This document shows positions 1-11,885 of a stretch of DNA of 64,000 nucleotides, piece by piece. Each line of letters starts with the position of its first letter. The first letter of the stretch is position 1. The stretch is from Eledone cirrhosa. Lineage: Eukaryota. A program made the position numbers and the translations under genes. The notes beneath the pieces were generated by a model. That model made no database searches. It was given only the letters and a program-made list of their open reading frames with translations, and was not told where the DNA came from. The DNA is taken from positions 24,986,001-25,050,000 of the forward strand of contig OZ024757.1 of assembly GCA_964016885.1 (NCBI GenBank), read 5' to 3'.

Positions 1-150
1 CAAAGTACCATATGAACAAAATACCCCAAATTGCTCAGATATACAGTCTATGAAACCTATGGTATTGCATTATATGTATATTGATTGTTCTCTTTCCAAA
101 TATAATTCTTTCCCCAGTGCATTTATTTATCTACCTATATGTTTTTACAG

Positions 151-374
151 GAAAGTTGAAGTTTATATAGATGGTGCACATGCATTGGGCAGTCGCACCC
201 TCAATATGCATTCACTGCGACCCACGTATTATACATCTAATGCACATAAATGGCTTTCGGCTCCCAAGGGATGTGCATTTATGTATATTGACAAAAGTCG
301 CCATGCCACTGTACGGCCATGCAGTATTTCTCATGGTTATGGTGCAGGAATGAATTCTGAGTTTATATGGACAG
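151..374 (+). CDS. Internal exon of a PLP-dependent aminotransferase class-V C-S lyase (hercynylcysteine sulfoxide lyase Egt2 / L-cysteine desulfhydrase-like); upstream exons lie outside the window
   Basis: tttttacAG acceptor at 149-150 and G|GTGAGA donor at 375. Translates KVEVYIDGAHALG...YYTSNAHKWLSAPKGCAFMY...ISHGYGAGMNSEFIWT, containing the DGAH motif and the PLP-lysine motif SNxHKW of class-V enzymes. Confidence 0.92.
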
Positions 375-671
375 GTGAGACAATGTATCTAGTTATCTCC
401 CCTTCTTCCTCACTCGCTCTTTCTTTCTCTCCCACCACTCTCACTCCTCTTTCCATTCTCTCTCCCTTACTCTCTCTTTCTTTTTTTCCCACCACCCTCA
501 CTCTACTTTCCATTCTCTCTCTTTTTCTCTCCCTCACTCTATCTTTCTTTCTCTCCCACCGCTCTCACTCCACTTTCCATTCTCTCTCTCTCCCGCCACT
601 CTCTTCAACAAATAACAACAACAATAACATTAACATTGATAGTAATAATATTATCATTATTATTTTTACTA

Positions 672-866
672 AGGGCGGTAGATTGGCAAAATCGGTAGAG
701 CGTCAGACACCATGCTTTGCAGCATAGAGTTATGGCCCTTTATGATCTGAGTTCAAAACCTGCCGAGGTTAACTTTGCTTTTCATCCTTACAGGGTCGAT
801 AAAATAAAGTACCAGTAATGTACTGGGTTAATTGCTGGCCTTGTGCCAAAAGTAGAAACAATTATT
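672..866 (+). mobile_element. tRNA-derived SINE, family A
   Basis: A-box-like TGGCAAAATCGG, B-box-like GAGTTCAAAACC, core TTTCATCCTTACxGGGTCGATAAAATAAAGTACCAG and (ATT)n tail. About ten near-identical dispersed copies in the window. Confidence 0.85.
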
Positions 867-907
867 TTTGTTCTATAGGGCGGGGCAGCTTCAGTTCAAC
901 TGGAGGA

Positions 908-3900
908 TAGCTAGATGACCGTTGGCTAGTGCCAGGGTAGCTAGATGACCGTTGGCTAGTGCCAGGCTAGCTAGATGACAATTGGCTAGTGCCAGGCTAG
1001 CTAGATGACCGTTGGCTAGTGCCAGGCTAACTAGATGACAATTGGCTAGTGCCAGGCTAGCTAGATGACAATTGGCTAGTGCCAGGCTAGCTAGATGACA
1101 GTTGGCTAGTGCCAGGGTAGCTAGATGACCGTTGGCTAGTGCCAGGGTAGCTAGATGACAGTTGACTAGTGCCAGGGTAGCTAGATGACCGTTGGCTAGT
1201 GCCAGGGTAGCTAGATGACCGTTGGCTAGTGCCAGGGTAGCTAGATGACAGTTGGCTAGTGCCAGGGTAGCTAGATCACCGTTGGCTAGTGCCAGGGTAG
1301 CTAGATGACAGTTGGCTAGTGCCAGGCTAGCTAGATGACCGTTGGCTAGTGCCAGGCTAGCTAGATGACCGTTGGCTAGTGCCAGGCTAGCTAGATGACC
1401 GTTGGCTAGTGCCAGGCTAGCTAGATGACAATTGGCTAGTGCCAGGGTAGCTAGATGACAATTGGCTAGTGCCAGGGTAGCTAGATGACCGTTGGCTAGT
1501 GCCAGGCTAGCTAGATGACCGTTGGCTAGTGCCAGGGTAGCTAGATGACCGTTGGCTAGTGCCAGGCTAGCTAGATGACAATTGGCTAGTGCCAGGCTAG
1601 CTAGATGACAATTGGCTAGTGCCAGGGTAGCTAGATGACCGTTGGCTAGTGCCAGGGTAGCTAGATGACCGTTGGCTAGTGCCAGGCTAGCTAGATGACC
1701 GTTGGCTAGTGCCAGGCTAGCTAGATGACCGTTGGCTAGTGCCAGGGTAGCTAGATGACCGTTGGCTAGTGCCAGGCTAGCTAGATGACCGTTGGCTAGT
1801 GCCAGGCTAGCTAGATGACAATTGGCTAGTGCCAGGGTAGCTAGATGACCGTTGGCTAGTGCCAGGGTAGCTAGATGACCGTTGGCTAGTGCCAGGCTAG
1901 CTAGATGACCGTTGGCTAGTGCCAGGGTAGCTAGATGACAATTGGCTAGTGCCAGGGTAGCTAGATGACCGTTGGCTAGTGCCAGGGTAGCTAGATGACA
2001 ATTGGCTAGTGCCAGGGTAGCTAGATGACCGTTGGCTAGTGCCAGGCTAGCTAGATGACAATTGGCTAGTGCCAGGCTAGCTAGATGACAATTGGCTAGT
2101 GCCAGGCTAGCTAGATGACCGTTGGCTAGTGCCAGGCTAGCTAGATGACCGTTGGCTAGTGCCAGGCTAGCTAGATGACCGTTGGCTAGTGCCAGGCTAG
2201 CTAGATGACCGTTGGCTAGTGCCAGGCTAGCTAGATGACAATTGGCTAGTGCCAGGGTAGCTAGATGACCGTTGGCTAGTGCCAGGGTAGCTAGATGACC
2301 GTTGGCTAGTGCCAGGCTAGCTAGATGACCGTTGGCTAGTGCCAGGGTAGCTAGATGACAATTGGCTAGTGCCAGGGTAGCTAGATGACCGTTGGCTAGT
2401 GCCAGGGTAGCTAGATGACAATTGGCTAGTGCCAGGGTAGCTAGATGACCGTTGGCTAGTGCCAGGCTAGCTAGATGACAATTGGCTAGTGCCAGGCTAG
2501 CTAGATGACAATTGGCTAGTGCCAGGCTAGCTAGATGACCGTTGGCTAGTGCCAGGCTAGCTAGATGACCGTTGGCTAGTGCCAGGCTAGCTAGATGACC
2601 GTTGGCTAGTGCCAGGGTAGCTAGATGACAATTGGCTAGTGCCAGGGTAGCTAGATGACCGTTGGCTAGTGCCAGGGTAGCTAGATGACAATTGGCTAGT
2701 GCCAGGCTAGCTAGATGACCGTTGGCTAGTGCCAGGCTAGCTAGATGACCGTTGGCTAGTGCCAGGCTAGCTAGATGACCGTTGGCTAGTGCCAGGGTAG
2801 CTAGATGACAGTTGGCTAGTGCCAGGCTAGCTAGATGACCGTTGGCTAGTGCCAGGGTAGCTAGATGACTGTTGGCTAGTTCCAGGGTAGCTAGATGACA
2901 ATTGGCTAGTGCCAGGCTAGCTAGATGACCGTTGGCTAGTGCCAGGGTAGCTAGATGACCGTTGGCTAGTGCCAGGGTAGCTAGATGACTGTTGGCTAGT
3001 TCCAGGGTAGCTAGATGACAATTGGCTAGTGCCAGGCTAGCTAGATGACCGTTGGCTAGTGCCAGGCTAGCTAGATGACAATTGGCTAGTGCCAGGCTAG
3101 CTAGATGACAATTGGCTAGTGCCAGGCTAGCTAGATGACAATTGGCTAGTGCCAGGGTAGCTAGATGACCGTTGGCTAGTGCCAGGCTAGCTAGATGACC
3201 GTTGGCTAGTGCCAGGCTAGCTAGATGACCGTTGGCTAGTGCCAGGGTAGCTAGATGACCGTTGGCTAGTGCCAGGGTAGCTAGATGACAATTGGCTAGT
3301 GCCAGGGTAGCTAGATGACCGTTGGCTAGTGCCAGGCTAGCTAGATGACAATTGGCTAGTGCCAGGCTAGCTAGATGACAATTGGCTAGTGCCAGGGTAG
3401 CTAGATGACCATTGGCTAGTGCCAGGGTAGCTAGATGACAATTGGCTAGTGCCAGGCTAGCTAGATGACAATTGGCTAGTGCCAGGGTAGCTAGATGACC
3501 ATTGGCTAGTGCCAGGCTAGCTAGATGACAATTGGCTAGTGCCAGGCTAGCTAGATGACCGTTGGCTAGTGCCAGGGTAGCTAGATGACCGTTGGCTAGT
3601 GCCAGGGTAGCTAGATGACCGTTGGCTAGTGCCAGGCTAGCTAGATGACAGTTGGCTAGTGCCAGGCTAGCTAGATGACCGTTGGCTAGTGCCAGGCTAG
3701 CTAGATGACCGTTGGCTAGTGCCAGGCTAGCTAGATGACCGTTGGCTAGTGCCAGGGTAGCTAGATGACCGTTGGCTAGTGCCAGGCTAGCTAGATGACA
3801 GTTGGCTAGTGCCAGGCTAGCTAGATGACCGTTGGCTAGTGCCAGGCTAGCTAGATGACCGTTGGCTAGTGCCAGGGTAGCTAGATGACCGTTGGCTAGT

Positions 3901-5218
3901 GCCAGGCTAGCTAGATGACCGTTGGCTAGTGCCAGGCTAGCTAGATGACCGTTGGCTAGTGCCAGGCTAGCTAGATGACCGTTGGCTAGTGCCAGGCTAG
4001 CTAGATGACCGTTGGCTAGTGCCAGGCTAGCTAGATGACCGTTGGCTAGTGCCAGGCTAGCTAGATGACCGTTGGCTAGTGCCAGGCTAGCTAGATGACC
4101 GTTGGCTAGTGCCAGGGTAGCTAGATGACCGTTGGCTAGTGCCAGGCTAGCTAGATGACCGTTGGCTAGTGCCAGGCTAGCTAGATGACCGTTGGCTAGT
4201 GCCAGGCTAGCTAGATGACCGTTGGCTAGTGCCAGGCTAGCTAGATGACCGTTGGCTAGTGCCAGGCTAGCTAGATGACCGTTGGCTAGTGCCAGGCTAG
4301 CTAGATGACCGTTGGCTAGTGCCAGGCTAGCTAGATGACCGTTGGCTAGTGCCAGGCTAGCTAGATGACCGTTGGCTAGTGCCAGGGTAGCTAGATGACC
4401 GTTGGCTAGTGCCAGGCTAGCTAGATGACCGTTGGCTAGTGCCAGGCTAGCTAGATGACCGTTGGCTAGTGCCAGGGTAGCTAGATGACCGTTGGCTAGT
4501 GCCAGGCTAGCTAGATGACCGTTGGCTAGTGCCAGGCTAGCTAGATGACCGTTGGCTAGTGCCAGGCTAGCTAGATGACCGTTGGCTAGTGCCAGGCTAG
4601 CTAGATGACAGTTGGCTAGTGCCAGGGTAGCTAGATGACCGTTGGCTAGTGCCAGGCTAGCTAGATGACAGTTGGCTAGTGCCAGGCTAGCTAGATGACA
4701 ATTGGCTAGTGCCAGGGTAGCTAGATGACCGTTGGCTAGTGCCAGGCTAGCTAGATGACAATTGGCTAGTGCCAGGGTAGCTAGATGACCGTTGGCTAGT
4801 GCCAGGCTAGCTAGATGACAATTGGCTAGTGCCAGGGTAGCTAGATGACCGTTGGCTAGTGCCAGGCTAGCTAGATGACAATTGGCTAGTGCCAGGGTAG
4901 CTAGATGACCGTTGGCTAGTGCCAGGCTAGCTAGATGACAATTGGCTAGTGCCAGGGTAGCTAGATGACCGTTGGCTAGTGCCAGGCTAGCTAGATGACA
5001 ATTGGCTAGTGCCAGGCTAGCTAGATGACAATTGGCTAGTGCCAGGGTAGCTAGATGACCGTTGGCTAGTGCCAGGGTAGCTAGATGACAATTGGCTAGT
5101 GCCAGGCTAGCTAGATGACAATTGGCTAGTGACAGGCTAGCTAGATGACCGTTGGCTAGTGCCAGGCTAGCTAGATGACCGTTGGCTAGTGCCAGGCTAG
5201 CTAGATGACCGTTGGCTA
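908..5218. repeat. 30-bp minisatellite, about 143 copies, intronic
   Basis: Unit GCCAGG(C/G)TAGCTAGATGAC(C/A)(G/A)TTGGCTAGT with an exact period of 30 and no indels. Confidence 0.99.
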
Positions 5219-5630
5219 CTCACCCCCTCTCCCCTCATGCTACTCTCTCTCACTCCCCTCACTACGCTCTCTCTCTACTACCTCCCCCTCACTACTCTCT
5301 CCCCTCATGCTACTCTCTCTCTACTACCTCCCCCTCACTACTCTCTCCCCTCATGCTACTCTCTCTCTCCTCACTCTACTCTCTCCCCTCATGCTACTCT
5401 CTCTCCCCTCACTCTACGCTCTCTCTCTACTACCCACCCACCCTCACTCTACTCTCTCCACTCATGCTACTCTCTCTCTCTCTCCCCTCATGTTGCTCTT
5501 TCTCTCTACTACCTGCCCCTCACTCTACTCACCCCCTCTCCCCTCATTCTACTCTCTCTCTCTCTCCCCTCACTCTACTTTATCTCTACTACCTCGCCCT
5601 CACTCTACTCACCCCCTCTCCCTCTATTCC
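5219..5630. repeat. Degenerate CT-rich tandem repeat forming the pyrimidine tract of a lyase exon
   Basis: Recurrent CTCTCCCCTCATGCTACTCTCT and CCCTCACTCTACT motifs. Confidence 0.85.
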
Positions 5631-5632
5631 AG

Positions 5633-5743
5633 GTTCACAAGATTGCAGTAATTTTCTGTCAATATTGGTCAACCTAAAATTCTGGCAAACTGTTGGAGAA
5701 GACAGAATATATTCCTACATGAGGTCCCTTACTAAACAAGCAG
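5633..5743 (+). CDS. Lyase exon (2nd visible)
   Basis: Long pyrimidine tract and ccAG at 5631-5632; G|GTAAGA donor at 5744; phase 1 to 1. Encodes (G)SQDCSNFLSILVNLKFWQTVGEDRIYSYMRSLTKQA, continuing the WxGTxD region of the family. Confidence 0.88.
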
Positions 5744-5977
5744 GTAAGATCAACATGGTGGTTCAATGATTAGAGTGTTGGGCTTGCCATTACAACATCC
5801 TTCATTTCATTCCTCTTTCATATATATAGAACTTTCTACGATTATGTCACAACAGATAAAGAGAAAGGAGTAGTTTGACTACCTCATACCACTCCTCTCT
5901 CTTTACATCTTCTGCCTGTCTACATGTAAAGAGAAAGGAGTAAGTTGACTACCTCATACTACTCCTCTCTCTTTACG

Positions 5978-6460
5978 TAGTATTGGTACCACGACAAAAA
6001 GCACCCAGTCTACCCAGTAAGGTGGTAGTATTGGTACCATGGCAAAAAGCACTCAGTTCACCCAGTAAGGTGGTAGTATTGGTACCACGACAAAAAGCAC
6101 CCAGTTCACCCAGTAAGGTGGTAGTATTGGTACCACGACAAAAAGCACCCAGTTCACCCAGTAAGGTGGTAGTATTGGTACCACGACAAAAAGCACCCAG
6201 TTCACCCAGTAAGGTGGTAGTATTGGTACCACGACAAAAAGCACCCAGTTCAACCAGTAAGGTGGTAGTATTGGTACCATGACAAAAAACACAGTCTACC
6301 CAGTAAGGTGGTAGTATTGGTCCCATGACAAAAAACACCCAGTCTACCCAGTAAGGTGGTAGTATTGGTCCCATGACAAAAAGCACCCAGTCTACCCAGT
6401 AAGGTGGTAGTATTGGTACCACGACAAAAAGCACCGAGTTCACCCTGTAAGGTTGGTGTC
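5978..6460. repeat. 48-bp minisatellite, about 10 copies
   Basis: Unit TAGTATTGGTACCACGACAAAAAGCACCCAGTTCACCCAGTAAGGTGG; gives 16-aa periodic spurious ORFs. Confidence 0.95.
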
Positions 6461-6959
6461 AATAAAATTAATCACCTCATTTACACAGACGCGAAAACCA
6501 TATATTCTCAACTGTTTTCAAGTCCAGCAGTCACAAGCGTGGGAGTGATTGTCCTAATGAGGACCAGTTAAGTCTGAAATGCATCGACGATTGTCCCCCC
6601 TTGCTTCTGCTGGACATCACCAGGGGGCGTTACACCCAGCATTTTTTGCATAGCTACAGCTTTCTAAATGCTTACCTGTAAACACCGTATTTCTTTAGAA
6701 ATAAGAAATTTGTATACATATCTATATACAGCTATGCCTGAAGCTAAATCCTAATTCTATATATGTATATATATATATATATATATATACAATGATATTA
6801 AATAAATGGAAACTATATTTATAAAACCATATTTATTCTATTATATATATTTCAAGGGTACCAAAATTTTGGTACGTTATTGTCAGATAAAATACGAAGT
6901 GTGTTTTATAAATTTTGACATAACCAAGGAGAATATACCTTAACGGTTCAAGTTTTCCT

Positions 6960-7011
<52 letters not shown>

Positions 7012-7234
7012 TGCATAGAACAATAAAAAAACAGAAGTAGGTGTAGATAGATAGTTTGTTCATTGTTTTATGATCATTTCAGGGGGTTGATTGATCAATG
7101 GAGATCAATGTATCAAGTAGCATGGTAATAGTTAAGTTACTACCTATTTCTAGTCTTGAAATCCCTTTTCAATTGGCCATCTTGCTCAGAAACCTATATA
7201 TATATATTTAAGTGTGTGTTTCTATGTTTTCCAG

Positions 7235-7291
7235 TTGAACTTCTCACAGAGAAATGGTCAACTTCTCCGGTTGTGCCACCTGATATGTTTG
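7235..7291 (+). CDS. Lyase exon (3rd visible)
   Basis: gttttccAG acceptor at 7233-7234; G|GTAAGT donor at 7292; phase 1 to 1. Encodes (V)ELLTEKWSTSPVVPPDMF, matching the LxxxWxT pattern of the family. Confidence 0.85.
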
Positions 7292-7550
7292 GTAAGTGAA
7301 GATTCTTTAAAGATTCTACCTACTGCTTCTTTCTCCTTTCTTACCTCCCTTACTTAGGGTAACAGCAGCTGCTGCACCACCACCACCATCACATACAACC
7401 CTGCTCCGGGGGGAAGTGCCTAAAGATATATAAAACCTCCAGCAACTTAAACATAAGGAGCCTGACCAAAATACCTGACCATATAAAAATAGTCTGTAAA
7501 TTGAAAAATAGAACACTTCATTAGACTGAGATGGTCATTATTATTAGATG

Positions 7551-7750
7551 AGGGTGGTGGATTGGCAGTAGCGGTAGAGGGTCGGATGCCATGCTTTGCA
7601 GCAAAGAGTTACGGCCCTTTCTGGTCCAAGTTCAAATCCCGCCGAGGTTAACTTTGCCTTTCACCCTTACGGGGTCGATAAAATAAAGTACAAGTAGTAA
7701 ACTGGGGTAATTGCTGGCCTTGTGCCAAAAGAAGTAAACAATTATTATTA
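7551..7750 (+). mobile_element. SINE family A copy
   Basis: Colinear with 672-866. Confidence 0.85.
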
Positions 7751-8133
7751 GATGAAATTCTTCGACTAGTCGTACAGTTTCTGAATCGGAGAATAGGTCA
7801 AACCATTCAATTGACCGATATGGTCATCATTACTAGAATCGATTCTTCTTTGGAGGAAATTCTGTTTAGTATAAGAAAAAAATACCTGTTAAGAGAGACT
7901 CTATTTCTGATCCATCCATCATAGTGTGATTAAATAAAATAATATTTACGCACGCAAGTGTGAACGAATAAACAAGAATATATTTATATAAATGGACAAA
8001 AAGACAGGACTAAAATACCTCTAGAAACAGCAGTCAATATGGTCATCTTATCAGCTTAATGATCTCTTTTCATTGAGATGTTATGTTTATTCATGACAAA
8101 TTTTAATTGTGTATAATTAGATATATATATATA

Positions 8134-8420
8134 TCATCAGCATCATCACTGTTTAATGTCCATTATTCCATGCTGGCATGGGTTAGATGAGTTGTCCTGT
8201 TGTGAACAATGCTAGGTCATCATCATCATCATCGTTTAACATCCATCTTCCACGCTAGCATGGATTAGACGGTTTTGTTCCATTTGATGCGGGAATGGTT
8301 GGGAGACCATGTCTCGCTCGCACAGAAGTGTCTCTGGCAGGTTTTTTTTACAACTCGATGCCCTTCCTAACACCAACCACATTTACAGTGTGGACTGGGA
8401 GCCTTTTCACTGTGTCTCCT
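8134..8420 (-). mobile_element. Remnants of RTE-tailed SINE/LINE 3' ends
   Basis: Two (CAT)n-GTTTAAyGTC...CCATGCTrGCATGG tails (reverse of an (ATG)n RTE tail) plus a GATGCCCTTCCTAACACCAAC core. Confidence 0.7.
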
Positions 8421-8654
8421 ACATGGCCACCTTACAGTGTGGACTGTTCTGTCATCAACACAGTGGACGGAACGGGAGAGGAAGGATGGCGTAGGGTGTG
8501 ACGGTGGGGTGTACATTGGGTTAAGAGGTGCCTACTAACTGTAGGTTTGTATGCAATGGCAGTTGGGTCTTCTGTACAACTGCATGGCGCCAAAGATCTC
8601 GATCCAGTGTCATTGACTTAGAGAGGTGTAGGTGAGCAAGGTCAGTTTTTATCA

Positions 8655-8926
8655 CCACATCCCAGATTTTTCTTGGTCTACCCATCAATTTTCATTGCCC
8701 TGCACTTTTTTATACAGCTGTCATCCTTCATATGCATCACATGTCCATACTAACGCAATCTCCTTTCCAGAACACAACATTTGATACCTCTTATGCTTAG
8801 TCTCTCTCTCAATTTATTTATGCTTTGCCTTTAGTGCACATTACTATTACACATCCATCGGAGCATGCAAGCTTCATTTCTTTCTAATCTATGCAGGTCT
8901 TCAGCACGCAATGCCCAAGTCTCACC
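8655..8926 (-). mobile_element. RTE-clade LINE ORF 3' fragment, decayed
   Basis: Minus strand reads GETWALRAEDLHRLERNEACMLRWMCN...RRLR*YGHVMHM...GRPRKIW; homologous to 51950-52250. Confidence 0.8.
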
Positions 8927-8955
8927 ATATATATATATATATACATATACATATA

Positions 8956-9390
8956 TCATCATCACCGTTTTACGTCTGTTCTTCCACGCTAGCATGGGTT
9001 AGACGGGTTGTCCTATTGTGGGCAGTGTCCGGTCGGCTGACTTTGTCTTGCTCATACGGGAACTGATTCTGGCTTGATTTCTACAGCTGGATGCCCTTCC
9101 TAACACCAACCTCATTTACAATGAGTGATGGGTGTTTTTTTTTGCCATGGCACCTCCACGACCACTTTACAGTGTGGGCTGGGTGCTGTTTTGCCGTGGC
9201 ACCTCCACGACCACTTTGCAGTGGAATGATAGCGACACCAGTCCTATCTTCTGATTTCTACAGCTGAGTAAACTGGAGCAATGTGAAATAAAGTGTCTTG
9301 CTCAAGGAAACAACACATCACCCGGTCCGAGAATTGAACTCACAACCTTTTGATTGAAAGCCCAATGCTCTAACCACTAAGCCATGCGCC
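8956..9390 (-). mobile_element. tRNA-headed SINE with RTE-like tail, family B
   Basis: Minus strand begins GGCGCATGGCTTAGTGGTTAGAGC (A box), then GAGTTCAATTC (B box), and ends in an (ATG)n tail. Near-identical to 10382-10722. Confidence 0.85.
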
Positions 9391-9627
9391 TTATATATAT
9401 ATACATATATTTCTACATATACTAACTAATAATTAATAATAAAACTGAAATAAAAATCGAACAGTTCTTATGTTTTTATTAGCAATATTGGTAACATGCC
9501 CCCCCCCCCCCCCCCCCAATATAACAATATCTGTTTCAACACGATTTCACATCAAGAATCTTGCAAAATGTATTTATTTATTTATATTTGTTTTTGTTTT
9601 TTGTTTTTGTAAAAAATGATTACATAG

Positions 9628-9749
9628 GTTCCATGGCCCTTGTTCCGCTACCAGATTCTATACATCCTTCTCCACCCCCATCGACAAAAGTGGATGTGCC
9701 GTGTGCAAGATTGATCCAAAATGAACTCTTCCATAAATATGATATTGAG
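9628..9749 (+). CDS. Lyase exon (4th visible)
   Basis: AG at 9626-9627; GAG|GTTTGT donor at 9750; phase 1 to 0. Encodes (G)SMALVPLPDSIHPSPPPSTKVDVPCARLIQNELFHKYDIE (SMxxVxLP and LxxxYxIEV motifs). Confidence 0.87.
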
Positions 9750-9982
9750 GTTTGTTTATACATACATATATACACACAATATGTTTATACATATATATAT
9801 ACATACATAGTATGTTTATATGTATACATACACTATGTTTATATATATATATACATACACAAAATGTTTATATATATATATACACGATATGCTTATACAT
9901 ATATATATATATATACATGATATGTTTAAACATATATATATACATGATATGCTTATACATATATATATATACATGATATGTT

Positions 9983-10016
<34 letters not shown>

Positions 10017-10058
10017 ATATGTTTATACATATATATATATATATATACATGATATGTT

Positions 10059-10092
<34 letters not shown>

Positions 10093-10381
10093 ATATGTTT
10101 ATACATATATATACACAATATGTTTATATATAAAATATGGTGGCGACCCTTGAAAGACAGAAAAAGAATCTGCCAATGACTGCTATGAAGAATTGAACCC
10201 CATATCTTCCAGATAAAGTCTTTTTCCATCTTTTAAGGGTCTTCAACCTTTTTTATAAGCTATCATTTTAGCATTTCTGTGCTTGAGCACTTTGTGTATA
10301 ATTACATTTATACATATATTCTCAGTACTTCAAAAGCTAAAAATTTGGCTTCATACATTGTTTATATGTATGTATGTATAT

Positions 10382-10722
10382 CGTCATCATCATCATCGTC
10401 ATTTTACGTCCGCTTTTCCCTGCTTGCAAGGGCGGGACAGGAACTGATTCTGGCTTGATTTCTACAGCTGGATGCCCTACCTAACACCAACCTCATTTAC
10501 AGTGAGTGCTGGGTGCTTTTTTGCCGTGGCACCTCCACGACCACTTTGCAGTGGAATGATAGGGGCCCCATCCTCTACCATCTCATTTCTACAGCTGAGT
10601 AAACTGGAGCAATGTGAAATAAAGTGTCTTGCTCAAGGAAACAACACATCACCCGATCTGAGAATTGAACTCACAACCTTTCAATTACAAGGCCAATGCT
10701 CTTACCACTAAGTCATGTGCCT
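10382..10722 (-). mobile_element. SINE family B copy
   Basis: Colinear with 8956-9390. Confidence 0.85.
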
Positions 10723-11395
10723 CCATATATATATATATATATAAAGTAAAACACTGGCACTATATCGGTTACAGCAGCCTGGTTGTGAAATTAACCCAAA
10801 TGTGGCTGAGCATTCCACAGATATGCTCACCATTAACATAGTTCTCAGGGAGATTCAGTGTGACACAAGGCTGGCCTTTTGAATTACAGATACAAATGAT
10901 TTTGCCAGTTGAGTGGACTAAAGCAACATGAAAACATGTAATGCAGTCAATCACCATCATCATCATCATTTAACATCTACTTCCCCTGCTAGCAAGAGTT
11001 AAATGGGTCTACATAGACCTAGTCAGTACTGAAACAGGTTGAGGCGTCTATATCCCACTTACATATGGCCATATTGAGTGCAGAGGATAAGTTGTCATGA
11101 CTTTTCACACAAACTGAAGGGTCCTTCCAACCCTTTGTTTGGCAAGCTTTGTATGGCTGGATGCCTTTCCTATCACCAACCACATTACACTTTACAGCAT
11201 GTACTGCAGGCTTTTACCATGTAGATCACCAGCACTAAATCCCTTCAGGGTATTGCCCCAGCATGGTCACATTCTTACGACTAAATAAAAGAATAAAAGG
11301 TTTTAGAAATAAAATGACCTACCTTACAAAAAGTGTATTTACCAATGAGCAGACAATTCTGGTAAATAAAAGAATAAGATGTTTTTCTTCTGTAG

Positions 11396-11536
11396 GTTCC
11401 AGTGAAGGCTTTAGAGGGTCGTCTTTATTTGAGAATATCTTGCCACATTTATAATGAACTCAGTGAGTACAACAAACTGGCGGAGGCTATTTTGGAGATT
11501 GCTGCTGCCTGGAAGAAAAAGGAACAGCTGGAATAA
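11396..11536 (+). CDS. Lyase terminal coding exon
   Basis: tttttcttctgtAG acceptor at 11394-11395; phase 0. Encodes VPVKALEGRLYLRISCHIYNELSEYNKLAEAILEIAAAWKKKEQLE then TAA; RISxxIYN carries the substrate-binding Arg of class-V enzymes. Not shown in the ORF track. Confidence 0.9.
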   Translation, partial: VPVKALEGRLYLRISCHIYNELSEYNKLAEAILEIAAAWKKKEQLE

Positions 11537-11654
11537 TTAGAGAGTGGAGGAGAGATATACATGGATGCATATACACAAGATGCATATACACAAGCACATA
11601 TATATATACATATATATATACACATACACTCACACATATATATGAATAATAATA

Positions 11655-11848
11655 ATAATTGTTTCTACTTTAGGCACAAGGCCAGCAATTATCTAGCATT
11701 ACTGGTACTTTATTTTATCGACCCCGTAAGGATGAAAGGCAAAGTTAACCTCGGCGGGATTTGAACTCAGAACCCGAAGGGACGTAACTATGCTGGGAAG
11801 CATGGCATCTGACCCTCTACCGATACTGCCAATCCGCCGCCTTATAAT

Positions 11849-11885
<37 letters not shown>

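Noticed and set aside
50-727. 225-aa ORF as a complete gene
   Set aside because: Only 151-374 is coding; the rest is read-through into intronic CT-rich sequence and a SINE.
908-5218. CRISPR-like array (30-bp repeats)
   Set aside because: Units are head-to-tail with no unique spacers, there are no cas genes, and the context is a eukaryotic intron.
5205-6462. Ser/Leu/Pro-rich and 16-aa periodic ORFs
   Set aside because: Translations of the CT-rich and 48-bp repeats; only 5633-5743 is a supported exon.
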